Of a stretch of 51,827 nt of DNA, positions 36,781 to 51,144 are shown in pieces (within the stretch, counting starts at the first letter, position 1; each line of letters begins with the position of its first letter). The stretch is from Obrimoposthia wandeli. Lineage: Eukaryota. The notes below the pieces were generated by a model that saw only the letters and a program-made list of their open reading frames with translations, was not told the DNA's origin and searched no databases. The DNA is taken from positions 1-51,827 of the forward strand of contig CDROCS010001208.1 in assembly GCA_977020255.1 (NCBI GenBank), given 5' to 3'. The translations under genes and the position numbers were made by a program.

Positions 36781-39700
36781 ATTTATCTCTAGCTTCGCGG
36801 TGGGCAAAATGCCAGCGAAGTCAGAGATAAAAAAGAAAAACAGATTAGAAGAAAAACACTTACCTGCACAAAGTCGTTCAGGTTTCACAGAACCACCTCC
36901 ACTACCGCGATCTGCCTTGGCGCGGGAAGCAGAACTCCGGACCTTCTTCCACATCTTCATCGCTCGGCAACCTCCGCTGTCCAGACCGCCTTCATCGGAT
37001 GCAGTCCTGTTTTCTCTTCTTTCAACAGCGGCAGTCTTCTGCATGTTTGTGTGTCTCCAAAAACAGTTACAGCACAAATCGATATCTCCTTATCTCTGCC
37101 TTTTGCACTCTGTTAACTGAGCATTTACTGCTGACTGTATGCAGGTGATCAGTTGCTATAAATAGCAACATATTTTTGGATTCGTGACACAAACAACTAT
37201 AATAATTATTATCATTGCTTTGACAATTTACAGAACCGTATTGGAAATAAAAAATTGCATTTTGATTTTTGTTGTTGAATTTATCGCATTTTGAGTTATA
37301 ACAATTTCATTGGGAAACAAAACGATTGGAGTTGATATAATTTTGGAAACATAGAGTTTTGAATTTATTGAATTCGGAGATATAACAAATATAATACATG
37401 TCTTAACGATATTTATACCCATAATATTGTTGTATTTTATTGTGACATTTTTCTAAATTCAAATGTTGAAGTTCTTGACAATGAGATGGATATTACGCTA
37501 ATTGCGCTAGATAACAAACTACAAAGAAAGTATTAGGTTTGAAAACTGTTCAATTATCTAGTAATTAAAACTATAATAAAGAAATACAATAAAGTTTATA
37601 AATAGTATTAAACTAAACATTGAGAATATAATTGTCGTTTTTATCAATTATTTAATTGTCTTTTATTACAAAGTAGACAATATCTAACAAATTAATTCAC
37701 GTACTATTTTATATTGACAAAAGAATCATTGTTGAAAAGGATTAATACACAGATTAACCAGAAGATATATGGAGAAAATAGTGTTTTACTGATAATAAGC
37801 ATTTTAAGCTGACCAAAAAATTATTTGTTATTTATATACTATTTTTAAAAAATATTTATTTAACATTAAGAGTACATGATATAAGGTTTTAGTGAAATAA
37901 ATCAGTGGCTTCAGTATGGGGAGTATAGCAATATGATCTGGGAGGTGATCACAAGTTAGTTGGTCGAGTGAAATTTAAGGACATGTTAAACATATTTGTT
38001 GTGAGATGCATTAAATTATAAAGATTTTTTATTATCACAAGAGGTCTTTCAGAATATGTATACCAATATGATTAAAAGTTTAGAAGATAATGCAGTTCTT
38101 GTCAACGGGATACTCGGAATTGTATTAACTAATTTTTCCAGAGACTTAAACCAAAAAACTTAAAGAAATAAGTGAAGAAAATTATAAAGCTGAAAATACA
38201 TTTTTAAGTAAATTATATTGTTATTTACGAAAACTCACGAAATAATTATTACAAAATTTTGCTACACTACAATTATTCCATTCTGCTTATTCGAACAAAC
38301 ACACAACATTGATAATTGCACTAAACTAGAATTTTTAACATTCAATTTTTGTAGGAAATATTTTAAGGGTTTTCTGATATTGTTTTTTTTTCGATTATAA
38401 ATTTTTCCCAATATGTCAAATGTTTTCTTAAATTTGTCATTCTTCAATTTTTTTTAATAAATAGCCAAGAAAGACTTTCTCTACCCTTTTGAAGGCCTAG
38501 AAAATATACATTATTATACACTACAAGATTAGTAATTAAAATTGTAGTTCCTAGATTTCTGTGGTAAATGTAATGATGATAGTGGTGAAAAATATTTTTG
38601 TTCTGGATGCCAAAAAAGATTATCACCAGATTTTATTAAATAAAGAGAGTAGGAAATATGTGGTGTTTGGTGAATAATGTAAAAGAACAGTTAAATGTTT
38701 AGGAGATATGTTACGTGCCGACGGATTGAGACCTACGAAAGATAGATGTGATAAATTGAAAGCATATCCAACACCAAAGAATCACAATGAATTTAGAACT
38801 GTTTTAGACTTAGCAGGATATGTGGGTCAGAAGTTATCTAAAGGCTATTCGGAATTAGTTGGAGATTTATGGGATATTATGAAGAAAAATGTTTATGTAT
38901 GGAAAGACAGCCATGAATCTCAGTTTATAAAATTGAAACATGAATTATCAATTATAAACCCTTTGAAAATATTTAATAATGAGTTAAAGTGAAACTTAGA
39001 ACAGATGCCAGTGACTATGGGCTCGGTGCTGTTCTATTACAAGATAATCAACTTATTATTTATGTCTCACGAAAATTAAATGACACGGAAATAAGGTACT
39101 CACAAATATAAACTTGGCCAATGTTGAATAATAAAAGTAAGCCTTGGTTTTATTGATTTGGTAAATTTAATGGTTATGCACACCTAACTTGGCCAATGCT
39201 AAATAATGAAAGTAAGGATTGGTTGTATTGATTTTTTAATGAGACCAAAATATGTGGTAATTGTGATGATGATAGTGGTGATGGTGGGTGATGGTGGGAT
39301 GATAATGTGTAGTGGTAATAATGATAAGTTTATTATTATTTTTGTTATAGAATTATAATAATCCATTCCATGGATTATGAGTTTGAAATCCTGGGTGACA
39401 TGCCTAAATAATTATGATTATAATTATTGGAGTATTTTTTAAAGTTGAATTTAAATCAATAAAGTTGTTAGTGGCTTATGATTTAAAGCTCTTTCAGTGT
39501 CTTATACGATAAATTGTCTACACTTGTCTACTTATGATAATCTATGCTTATGTGACCTTCAATTGAAAGCACAATAATTTCATAGATATTATATGTCTGC
39601 TCATGAGTAGGTGGATATGTCCGGTCTAATTCACGCCATCCTCCTACCGCCGGAGGGCTACCACTGTCATTTAATACCGTGCATGTGTGTGGAGTGAAAA

Positions 39701-42464
39701 AAATCTATACATGTCAAATGTTATTGATGTTCTTTTGCAGTAACCTGCAACACTCATAGAAGAGAGACCAAACGCATTAGAAAGTCGAAAACCAATATTC
39801 TACATTCTACGGAGACATTAATGGAACATTAAAATAAACTTCCTTATCCTATTATTGAGGAAAATTTTAATATATTTAATAATATTTTTTATCTAAATAT
39901 TTTATAATATTTAACAATTCTTTATTGCATGGTCCTTCAAAGGTAACTGAGGAGACTTGGCGATAAATTTCTCCTTTCTCGCGGAAACGGGTAAAGCGAG
40001 CAGATGTGCAGAAAACGAAGCGCTCCAAAAGTGTATCACCGCAATGTTCAATTCTAGAGAAGCAGTGATTGATCATGGACTGGGATGAAGCTGGATTGGA
40101 CGAATTGCCTGCAGAACTGGAGAATCCGGAACCGACAATGCTTCCAGATTCGCGAGGGCAGCAGGATGCGGTCTCACGTCAGCTTCAGCATGAGAAGGAG
40201 AAACTGAAGAAAGCTTCGTGGAAGAGGAAGGCCATCAGGTCATCAGGAGATTCTCCCATTTCCAGTGGACTACGGGCCAATTTTGTTCGAGAGGATACCA
40301 GTCTCTCCAATCGAGATTAGTCCGCCTCACAGTCAACGATGTCTGCAGGAGACAGAACCGGCTCCATTAAGCACCAGGTAAAATTTGCCAGGGCTTGGGA
40401 CACTGCTATCCCTCTGCCAACAGCATCTACCTGCCAGAACTTGAAGAGGGTCTGAGATGAAGCTAGATTAGATATTACGGTTTTTGGTATTTTTTAAGAT
40501 TAAGTTATAACTTTTGCAATTTAAATTTTTTTAGTACACTACCTAGAATTTTAATCTTTTTTATGCATTACCTGTCAAAAGGCTGCACCATTGTATACAC
40601 TGTTCCAAAAAAACCAAGATGATATGTGGAAAAAGTCATTTCAAAGACGTTATATGCACTGCTAAGTTATTAAAATAACAGAAAAATGATGTATGTAACA
40701 AATTCTTTATATTTTAGTTATTTATGGTATTGATTTCTATATTTCGTTAAAGTTTTAAACTAAGAAAAAAACGACAAAAATTCAGTAGTCACCTTCAATA
40801 AATATTTGGTATTTACTGATAACAGACATGTTTTTATTTACTATTATAGTTGACTGGAATTGACATCTCATTCACTGACAGAAATAAGTGAAACCATCGA
40901 GACGTTTGATATAAAGTTAATCGTCTTTGTAATGCTAATAGTGTGCAATTTGTTATTTCTATTGTCTCTTTTAGTAGGTGGAAGGATGAAGATTATCCCA
41001 ACCATATACTCAAACCTTCATATTTGAAACTTGATTTGGCCTTTAGTCCGACCACTTCATTTACGGACGACCACAATCCTTTAGATGTGATGGCCAACCA
41101 TAGTTGACCTCAGCTTTATCTCTAAATCTTCAAGTTATAACTGAACCTGGGTTTTCATCTATAGACGTCCATAACCCTCTAAGTGTGTTGGTCAACTATA
41201 TAAGGTCACAATCATACCTTCAAAGTTTCATAACCTATCTTAGCCATACCCTTGTGGTGTGACAGGTCATCCTTGCGGGATTATGCAATCATTTTCGGTA
41301 TTATGTTTTGGTGTGCGCACAAAGCCAATCTATCAATTTGTAAATACAATTTAAACTTTTAATGTCTATTGAAAGTTCTTGAAAAATAAGTTCTGACACC
41401 ATTCATCATTTACTTAAAAAAAGAATGTGTTTATGTATTTGCCAAACAGCTTATAGAAGTTATCATTGAACTAAAATGGCATTGTTTAGTATAAAATGTA
41501 TTAAAATATTTAAACTATGAAAAATGCGTACTAATAATACTTTTTGATCTATCTGCCGCATTTGAATTGTGGAGAGCTTAATTGGTTTAAAAGGGATTTT
41601 ATTTAGCGGAAACTATCTGTTAAAATTTGATGATACTGTTTCAGACCCTGAATACTTAAAATGCAGTGTTTGCCCGGTGTTCGTTACTTGATCCAATCTT
41701 ATTCTCTATTTATATTTAGGTTTGTATAATTTTTCATTATTTTCCCACTTTAGAAAAAGTTTTATCGGTAATGTTTGATTATTTAACATTATTTTTAGTA
41801 AAAATATAAAATATATTAATTTGTGTATTTAAATAAAATTATATTATTAAACGGATATGTATTATAAAATTTTAATTAATTAAAATTTAGTTAATTAATA
41901 TTTCAATAATAAAAATTCAAATATAATAAAAATTAATTAAAAAATGGTAAAAGTATTAAAATTACCCGCCAGTATTCCATAACCCTTAACTTGTATCCTC
42001 ACTAGATTTAAAATTTAATAAAAAATCTAAAAAGTTTAAATAAGATAGTTTATTTTTAACATTAAATATATATCAAGTATTAAATATAAAAAATGAATAG
42101 TTAGTAAGTTCTCACTTTCCTAATGTTTTATTCATTTGTATTTCAGATAGAACAAATATTGTAACGGCTTTTATTGCAGTGTAAAATAAAACACTCAAAT
42201 CCCCTCCAGCATCATTGAGTGGATTAAATCAACCTGTATTCTTACATTTTGTGGACGCCAACTGTACTACATGGTTAGTTAAAGGTTTGAAGTGTAAATA
42301 TTGTTAAATATATTGTTAATAAAAAAATTAAAAGCATGTTATTTATAATGTTATATTAAAATAAATAACTGCCTTTGTTCAATTTAATAATATTAAAAGT
42401 AATTTTAGAAAGATTACTAAATTTATTAAAAAAACAAAGCCTTTTTGGTACTTGTCAAAAGAAT

Positions 42465-43333
42465 TCAATTTTCATGTGGACAAAATATGTCCAACTCGTG
42501 TAATTCTAGGGTACAGTTGTGACAGATCCTGTGACCACAAATACCTAAGGTCTTGGGGCTCTCGTGGAGTCGCTCAACATCAACGATTTCTTCTCGGCAC
42601 ATGGCACAATGCTGCATTGAAGCTATTCCAAAAAGCACTATTTTCATGTTACCTCTCAGCTGAGTTGGCAGCTTCGTCGTGAGGAAGTAGATCTTGAGAT
42701 CGAGTACACCTTCCCGTGTGATGTCGACCAGTAGTTCTAAATCTTGACACAAAGATCGGACCCGGTCCAAATCGCTACCTATGGCTCCTAACACGCTGCA
42801 GATGTGTACAAGAGATAACAGCTGTTCTTGCACATCTTTCATGCAATTCAAAGACGACTCCAGACTGTCAGAGCCTTCTGAGTTCTGTTCTGTTTCCAGG
42901 ACCTTGATGAAGTTTTCTGTGAACTCATCCTCGAAGCTTTGCATAGTGTTGCACAAATACGAAAGACAATGGAACCACTTTTCCAGTGTCGGTCCGTGAT
43001 CCCGTTGTTGTGCAGCTAATTCTAGAAATTCATGGGTCAGCACCATCTGGGTCGTCAGCACCTCATACAAGACCGAACACTTCGCTTTCGTATCCTCCAC
43101 AATCTCTCTGCACAATCCTTCCCATTCTTTCCGCAGAAGTGTGGCCACTCTAACTCGGTCTCAGTGCCATTTTGACAAATGAAGATGTACTGCAATTCAT
43201 TTCGTTCAAATGGACAGCTACAGTTGACTAGCATCCATACCTTGAGACACTCGGTGTGGAAATAGTGTCTGCACTCAGTCACACAAACTTCATCATCCTC
43301 TAGCTCTCCAGTACAAATGATACATGAATCCAT
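42465..43333 (-). pseudogene. Double-RING protein (copy 4), frameshifted
   Basis: A 1-nt deletion near 43158 (AACTCGGTCTCAG vs AACTCGGCTCTCAG) splits it into 92-aa and 227-aa ORFs. It also has G187S. A sequencing error cannot be excluded. Confidence 0.75.
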
Positions 43334-43496
43334 TCTATGATTTGATAAATTTTGTATTAAAATTATGTATTATCTGTTCAGAAAATTCAATTGTATCTAA
43401 ATATTTTTTGTAATAATGTATTGGTTGAAAATAAATTTATAAATATCCTCAATTGTTGAAAGAATTTTATTGAAATGAATTTAGTTTTTCGTTTCT

Positions 43497-43977
43497 GAAT
43501 ACTAAAAAGTATTTGGAGCAATATAAGCTTAACAAGTTATGAAGAATCATTTTATGCCAATCCGTATATACCAGTATATTATACTTCCTCATTGTTTAAT
43601 GTCTCGTTGAGAAGAGTGGGTCTTCTCAGTATCGAAACAGTTGGTTTGCTTCCCTCAAGTTAGTTTTTATTTTATTTTCATATTGAATTTTTAGGAAGTT
43701 GTCGTGTTATGGGATGCAAAAACACCATTGAATTAGATCAATTTACTCTTTGAATTCAAATCGGCGCCAAACAATCAATCATAGTTTCATAAAATCTTGG
43801 GAAACCAATAAATCTTTATAAAATTACAGAGAAAATGAAAGAACGATGCATGTTTGAACCTGAAAAGTTTCCTGCACTCAGATATTTGACGTTTACACCG
43901 CTATGTGTAAATATATTTTTCAGTGGGAAACTTATGATTTTGAGATTGATAAATTTGGATTATCAATACGCTGTTGA
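43497..43977 (+). pseudogene. TBP-like remnant, mirror copy (intron 43659-43694, 36 nt)
   Basis: Reverse complement of 8560-9040. Confidence 0.65.
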
Positions 43978-44026
43978 ATCGAATATTGAAAATAAATTGT
44001 TATATGAAAGTCTAGATGTAAAGAAG

Positions 44027-44673
44027 ATGAATAAAAATACCGTATTTCAAATAGTTGATCCCAGTGGAAAGTGGATCCCAGGAAATTGTTACAAAATGAA
44101 ACTATTTTCAATTCCAGTTTTAAAAATATTTTTTTAGTATCATGGTGGAAGAGGGGAAAGTGGGATAGACCAAACAGAAGTTTGCAAGTTGAAGGTAATA
44201 ATATTTATTGAAGGATTTGATACGACTTGTGCGAAAGATTGAAGAAATAAAATATATTAATTATTGATGATTAGTATCAAGAAGCTAACAAGGAATCGAA
44301 CTTTAATAATTTATTTACAAAGATTGCAAGACATCGTGAAGTAACAGATATATTTATCACTCAAAATCTTTTTCATCAAGGATGTCATCATAGATCAAGA
44401 TATTTTAATATACATTACTTAGTATTATTTAAAAATTCGAGAGATCAAACAGTTGTAGATTTCGTGGCCAGACAAGCTTTTACCCAAAATAAAAACTTTC
44501 TAGTTCATTCATTCCATGATGCTGATAAACAAGCACATGGATAAATATTTATTGAATTTACACAAGCCTGCTTATATGATTTACGTGTTTTAACATATAT
44601 ATTTAATTCTAAGGGAGTAACTGTTTATAAACAAAAAGAAAAAAATAATTTGCATTGCATTTTAAGAAGTTGA
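44027..44673 (+). pseudogene. Polinton ATPase remnant, mirror copy
   Basis: Reverse complement of 7864-8510. Confidence 0.8.
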
Positions 44674-45189
44674 TAGTAAAACGTAAATGCAAAGAAAAAG
44701 TAAAGCATAAGAGATCAAGAAAAAGAATCAGTAAGATAAAAAGTGAATAAATTAATCAAGTCTGTAGTTCGAAGTAAAAGTAAACTTAAATGACTTTGAA
44801 TATAAAGATATTAAACACGCACATTTTTTAAATGAAGAAAGTACAAAGAAGCATATCCAATATTTTTAATCTAATTATATTCTATAAAATGAAATATTTT
44901 ATTATCAATTAATTTCATATCTCTAGTATATGTTGGGCTCTATTAAATACAAAAATTGTAATTTAATTTTAATACATACAAATAAAAATGACCAGGGGGC
45001 TAAATATTCTGAGAGTTACATAAATTAAAACTTCAATATTTTAACACATGAATACATGAACCTAACACAAAAATAAAAATAATTATCTGTAGTATTCTTC
45101 GTAGGAGGATGTCCAGTAAAATTATTGAATTTAATTTCCAAAAACAAATTTTATTTCTTTTTAGTTCCTATGTAGTGCTTGGGTCTCTC

Positions 45190-46890
45190 TGTTGGGGAAT
45201 TTGAAGGAATGTAATAGCGTTAGTGTGTGACATTTCAAAGATGTATTTACATATGAAGGTATGTAAGGAAGACCGCCCATGGCTAAGGTTTTTAGGGAAA
45301 AATAGAGAGAACCTGAGGGATATGTATGGATTTCAGAAAGTAGTCTTTGGAATAAATGCTTCGCCGTCAATGGCTCAAATCGTAACCCAAGTAAACGCAG
45401 ATAACTTTAAGGTATGGCGCAGTAGTATACATGCGTAATGAATACGCAGGCAAAGTGACGATGCGATTGATAATTTAGACTTAGAAGAAATACAGTCAGA
45501 TTAAGAGAAAAAGAAACGGTACAAGGAAGTAACAATGTTCATACAGGAAGATTGAAAATAGAGACTTATTCCGACTTAACGAGATTGAAGAGAGTCTTAG
45601 CTGGGATACTAAGATTTGCACGAAATATAAAGTTACCTGAAAATCGCAGACTTGTAGGCGAGCTGAAAATGGATGAAGTGGAAAAAGGGATGCAGTTGTT
45701 GATAAAGCATGAACAAATTCAGTATTTCTGCAAGGAATACCAACGGTTAATAAAGAAGAAAGAGATTGAGATAACAAGCTCATTACTAAAGTTGAAACCG
45801 TGGGTTGATGAAATAGAAATAATCAGAGCCAATACCCAAATTATGAATGCGGAGTTTTTAGATAATGACACAAAATATCTCATTTTGTTATCAGAAAAGA
45901 GTTGGCTGACTAGATTAATCATAAAAGATACACACGAGAGGTTACGGCATTACGCCAGAGTACAGAATATACCGAATGAGAGCCAAAATAAATATTGGAT
46001 TCCTAAAGTACAAAGAGTAATCAAAGAAATAGAGCGAGAATGCTTCGACTGCAATAAAGGTAAAGTCGCAGGGATGGTCAAAGAGATGGCTTCCTTGCCG
46101 GCATTCAGATTCGAAATACCGTTAAGGGCCTTTGCAAACGTCGGAGTGGATTTTGCAGGACCATTCATCACAAAGGAAGGACGTGGAATAGTGAGGACTA
46201 AGATATACCTTTGCCTTTTACATACTTACAAACGCAGGCCATTCATTTAGAGATGGCTTATGGTTTGGATATCGATGGGTTTATTAGGGCATTAAAATAA
46301 TTTTTAGGAAGAAGAGGGAGACCACAAATGCTAATCTCGGATAATGGCACAAATTTTGTAGGGGCGGTGAATGAAGTGAGCGAATTGATACGGGACGGTT
46401 ATCAGATTCAAAAGGAGTTAGTAAAGGAGGAGATACGTTGGGTTTTCAACCCACCACATGTATCACATTTTGGAGGGGTCTTTGAGATCATGATAAAATG
46501 TGCCAAAAGGACTATATACCGGATACGAAGAAGAACCGAAGTGACTGACGAAGAATTACAATCAGAATTCATCAAAGCTGAAAGCCTTGTAAATTTTAGG
46601 CCCATTGGAGTTAAGAGCATAGATGCAAAGGAAAATGAGGCGCTTACACCCAGCCATTTTTTAATAAATCAGGCGTATGCCTAGACAACGTTTGGGAGTG
46701 ATGAAATAAAGTCGAAGCACAGATGAAAATTTGTCCAAATGTTAACCAGTATGCTATGGAAGCGATGGATGGAGGAGATTGTACCCATGTGGACACCGAG
46801 ACAAAAGTGGCATGAGGCACGCACACCGTCACTGATCGATGACATCGTGTGGATAATAGAGAAACAAGGGGAGAAAGGTAAAGATTAGGG
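45190..46890 (+). mobile_element. BEL/Pao pol fragment including the integrase C-terminus
   Basis: Mirror of 6006-7345, continuing as VTDEELQSEFIKAESLVNFRP..ALTPSHFL..LWKRWMEEIVP (DUF5641-like). Confidence 0.88.
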
Positions 46891-47280
46891 TGAGAAATAA
46901 GTTAATAGTTAGAGCGCTACATAGTGTGTGTAAATTAGTTTGGGTCTTTTGAACTGTTTTATAATTTGATCATTGTTATCATTATGTCAATGCTGAATAA
47001 TGAAAGTAAGCATGTGATTAGATGATAATGATGAGTTAAGAGTCTGAGGAATATTTATATGAATTTGAATTTAATAGTTAAAATGGTAATTTAATAGATT
47101 AGAGTAGATTGGATTGTGTCTTTTAAGTTGTTTACATTTCTCATTGTTATCATTATGTCAATACTGAATAATAAAAGTAAGCATGTGATTGGATGATAAT
47201 GATTAGTAAAGAGTAGGAGGAACAAGAGTAAGTGAAATAGAATATAATTAAGTCGTAGATTGATCTAGTCTGATCAAATG

Positions 47281-47293
47281 GGGGAGAATGTTG
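47281..47293 (+). other. Candidate polypurine tract and 3' LTR start (GGGGAGAA-TGTTG) of the BEL/Pao element
   Basis: Purine run followed by TGTT about 400 bp downstream of the integrase end. The LTR end was not identified. Confidence 0.4.
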
Positions 47294-47888
47294 ATTAATT
47301 TATATAAAAATCAATAAAAGTATATTTTTAAATACAATTAATAAAACGAGAATGGAAAATTATTGGATTATGCTACTGAGTATCCAAAAAAAACAGAAAG
47401 AAGATAGAAGGCTTATGTTTTTTTATATCTATTTTGCTATTTAAATAAAGAGATGTTGAAAATGCCTTATATAATAATGAAGGCTTATGTTATATTATAT
47501 CCATTTGTCTATTCAAATAAAGAGATGTTGAAAATGCCGTTTAGTTATTTGATATATATTTGACATATATAATGAAAGAAGGGGGGAAATGATTAATTTA
47601 TATAAAAATCAATAAAAGTATATTTTTAAATACCATTAATAAAACGAGAAAGGAAAATTATTGGATTATGCTACTGAGTATCCAAAAAAAACAGAAAGAA
47701 GATAGAAGGCTTATGTTTTTTTATATCCATTTTGCTATTTAAATAAAGAGATGTTGAAAATGCCTTATATAATAATGAAGGCTTATGTTATATTATATCC
47801 ATTTGTCTATTCAAATAAAGAGATGTTGAAAATGCCGTTTAGTTATTTGATATATATTTGACATATATAATGAAAGAAGGGGGGAAAT
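47293..47888 (+). repeat. Two tandem copies of a 298-bp unit, each with an internal subrepeat pair
   Basis: 47293-47590 is nearly identical to 47591-47888. The subrepeat is GAAGGCTTATGTT..AAATAAAGAGATGTTGAAAATGCC. Confidence 0.9.
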
Positions 47889-49821
47889 ATATTTGAAGTA
47901 AATGAAAATATGCTTGTTAGAAAGGACCCAATGAAAAGAAATAAGAATAGTGATCAGTATGAAGTTTCATTTAGAATAATATAATTGTTGAGTCCACGAC
48001 AAGTATCAATTCAGTTTCCAATAGGAATCCTGGACAGGAGAATCGAATGAGTGAAAAAATGCAAGTTGGAATAAAGAAGGGGAGAGTAATGTAATCATAA
48101 ACAAAGAATAATCTACTGGTACTAATTTGTTTTACGGATTCGTATTTAAACCTGTATTAATATAAATTATATTGTGGAATCAAACTTTTAAATTATATCT
48201 ACAATAAAAATGAATGACAATATATTGATATATATATTTGGTTGGTTTGCGTAATATCAACTGACTTTCTATCGCTTTCAATATGTTTTCAACATTATTT
48301 CATCACCAACTTTTGTTTGCGTTAGTAATTCAGCATATTGTCGAAATTTTTGCTGTATTTAAGACGCACAGTGAATTTATTTTGTATAATTTAAAATATT
48401 TTAATGTATCCACATTGCAGTATTTTTATCAAATTCTCCATCAGTTTTATGCTTACTAACTCTACATCCGTAATCCAGTGTAAAAAGCTATTACAATGTC
48501 AGCTAAGAGTCTAATAATTTATCATTTGTTTGTTGCAGTATTCAGAAACTCGTTAATCTCATCTTTTATAAAAATATAGATTTTTCACACAACCTCCTTT
48601 AAATTATTTTCTATTATAGTTCATCTAGGAAACATTTGTAGTTTGAAGCCGTAAATAAGTGGAATTTTACAATTATATGATGAAGTAAATGAATCTGAAT
48701 GTGCTGGACACATTACTGTCAAATGATTAGAGTGATAAAAAAAGGTATAAGTTATTCTGTAGATTTTAAATTTATTGTTATATTTTCACAAAATATTTCC
48801 ATTAGAAATCATTATTTTGTACTTTTAAAGGAATTGATTGACAACATAATATCTTCAGTACTACGTTTCATTTTTATCAAATTTATAAAACTAAATTCAA
48901 ATAACTATAGTAACTCATTAAATTTAAATTAGATAGTAAATTGATTGCGAATAATAGTTTTTATACTCTACATACAAAACGTTCATGTAAAAAGAATTTT
49001 TCCATACTTGTATATATATTAATCCTTGTTTGTTTTGCTCACCCGCAATAGTATATATCATATGGAAAAGTATTAATCTATCAATTTCAGGAAAATAAGA
49101 ATTCCTCCATGTTTGTAGATTTCTTTCCTAAAATTAGGCAGTGTTTTTCATATCGAGCATAGTATGAATGAAAATATATTTTGCGTTACGTGTGTATATA
49201 GGAGTTATATTTATCGTATTTTTCTGTTTATATAACACAGAATTTATTTTAAGATTATTATGTAATCAACTTAATCAAAAATATGATATTTATGTTTAGC
49301 TTAAATTTAACTTTTAAATATTTTCCATAAATTACAAAAAATAAACTAAGGATAATTGAATAAATTATGTTAAGTAAAATAACATATTGTTAATGCTTCA
49401 ATAAAATGATTTTTTCAAATAAAAATCTAAACTATTTTTTCAAATACTACTAAAAGAAATTGAATATTTAAAAAAAGGAGTAATTTATCGGCCAGTACCA
49501 GCTGGTTGCATCTCTGTTATGCATATTAAAACAGAAACAAAAACCAATAATAATAATAATACCAATTGTAACGCATTTAAAAATATAAAAAACCATATAA
49601 TGCAGCTTGTGAGTTACATTTTTCTGAGTGTTAAATTAGCAAATGATATTTAAAAAGAGTTATAACAAAAAACTATATTTCGATAACATGCTCATCCAAA
49701 TCAGTTAATGTGCATTAAATTTCTTTGTACCATCACGGGATATCAAAATACTTCTTAATTACATTTCAAACAAATAAAAACCTTGAGAAATACAAACTAT
49801 GTCGATGTAATGAGTAGTGAT

Positions 49822-49975
49822 TCATTCACCGTTGACAGCGAAGTCCTTGAACATTGCATACCCGTATTTGTCTGTCCCGATACCCACGAATCCACCATGC
49901 GGAAGGTCCATTTGCATATTTGAAAGTTTAATCACAAGTTGGTTGTCGATATAGAACCAACCGTCATCAATTCAC
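49822..49975 (-). pseudogene. Mirror copy of the GALC-like terminal exon
   Basis: Reverse complement of 5391-5540, with a 4-nt length difference just after the acceptor. Confidence 0.5.
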
Positions 49976-51144
49976 CTACAACATTTAGAGGGTCACCAAA
50001 AACAATGCAAATAAAACTATACACCACCCTGAAAAAGGCGGATCGAGAAATATTAATATATAAAAACTTAAAATGAAATTACAAGTTATTTTGAAGAAAA
50101 ACTAAACAATTAATACAACATTACTCTACTTTCATCTCTAACTTCAATTGATACCAAATCCTCTTTCTTTTACTTTCGGTTCATATACGGCTTGATAAAT
50201 TGATGTATCCAAATACAGCTACAATGAAATAATCATTGTCACATTTTCCACTTGATATTATACTGTTAACAAACAAGATGTCCCCATACTTCACTTACTG
50301 AATATTACATTTAGAAACATTTCTTGTGCAGCAAATAAATAATAACACTGGACAACAAAATATAAATTTCTTTCTGATTTTTATAATCATGAGTCTGGAT
50401 AAATTTTTATATTGATTCCAACAAAATCACCCTTTAATCTGTATCCTATCCACTTTTCTCAAAAATACTATATGTTTCAAAATTTTAATTAGTAAAGATT
50501 TAATTTTTGATTGTCTGTTGCAATTTGGTTGAGACTTTTTAAAAATTTAAAACTCGCAGTAATCAGCCATCATATTTCAATTCCATGTGTACTCTTTATA
50601 GCGTCATTCCATTCCAGTAATATCTCGATGGAAACGTATAAAATGTTCTTCAAAGATGCTCATAATTTTTTTGTATACATTTTAAATTTATTGGTTTATT
50701 AATACATCCATTGATGACTCTGATTTCATATTTACACTTAAAATTCTTCTACCACATAGAGATTTTAAACAAAAATAGAAATTCGAAAATCGATAAATTA
50801 TCGTCATAAAAATGAAATGTTGCATTTAAATTAGTATGTTCCTTTACATATTGTATAATTTATAGTAACTTCATGCATGTATTGCGTAATATATGGAGAA
50901 TAATTTAAAAATAAATATTTTCCTTTTGACAAAAATCTAAACATGCTGGAATGTTTTGATTAGCATATTTGAAAGTTCTGTACTAGAATTTTATTGTAAT
51001 ATTTAATCACCAAAATATGAATTGTGCCGTGTTATTACGTTTATAATATATTTACAAATTAGACAGAAATCTAATATTAAAAATTAGTTACTAAGCGTCA
51101 TAGGGTAACCAATATTAAGCTACTTCCAAACACATTGCAAACAA

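Noticed and set aside
48330-48600. Possible DNA-transposase fragment on the minus strand (IKDEINEFL..LLADIVIAF)
   Set aside because: Resemblance too weak to name a family without a search.
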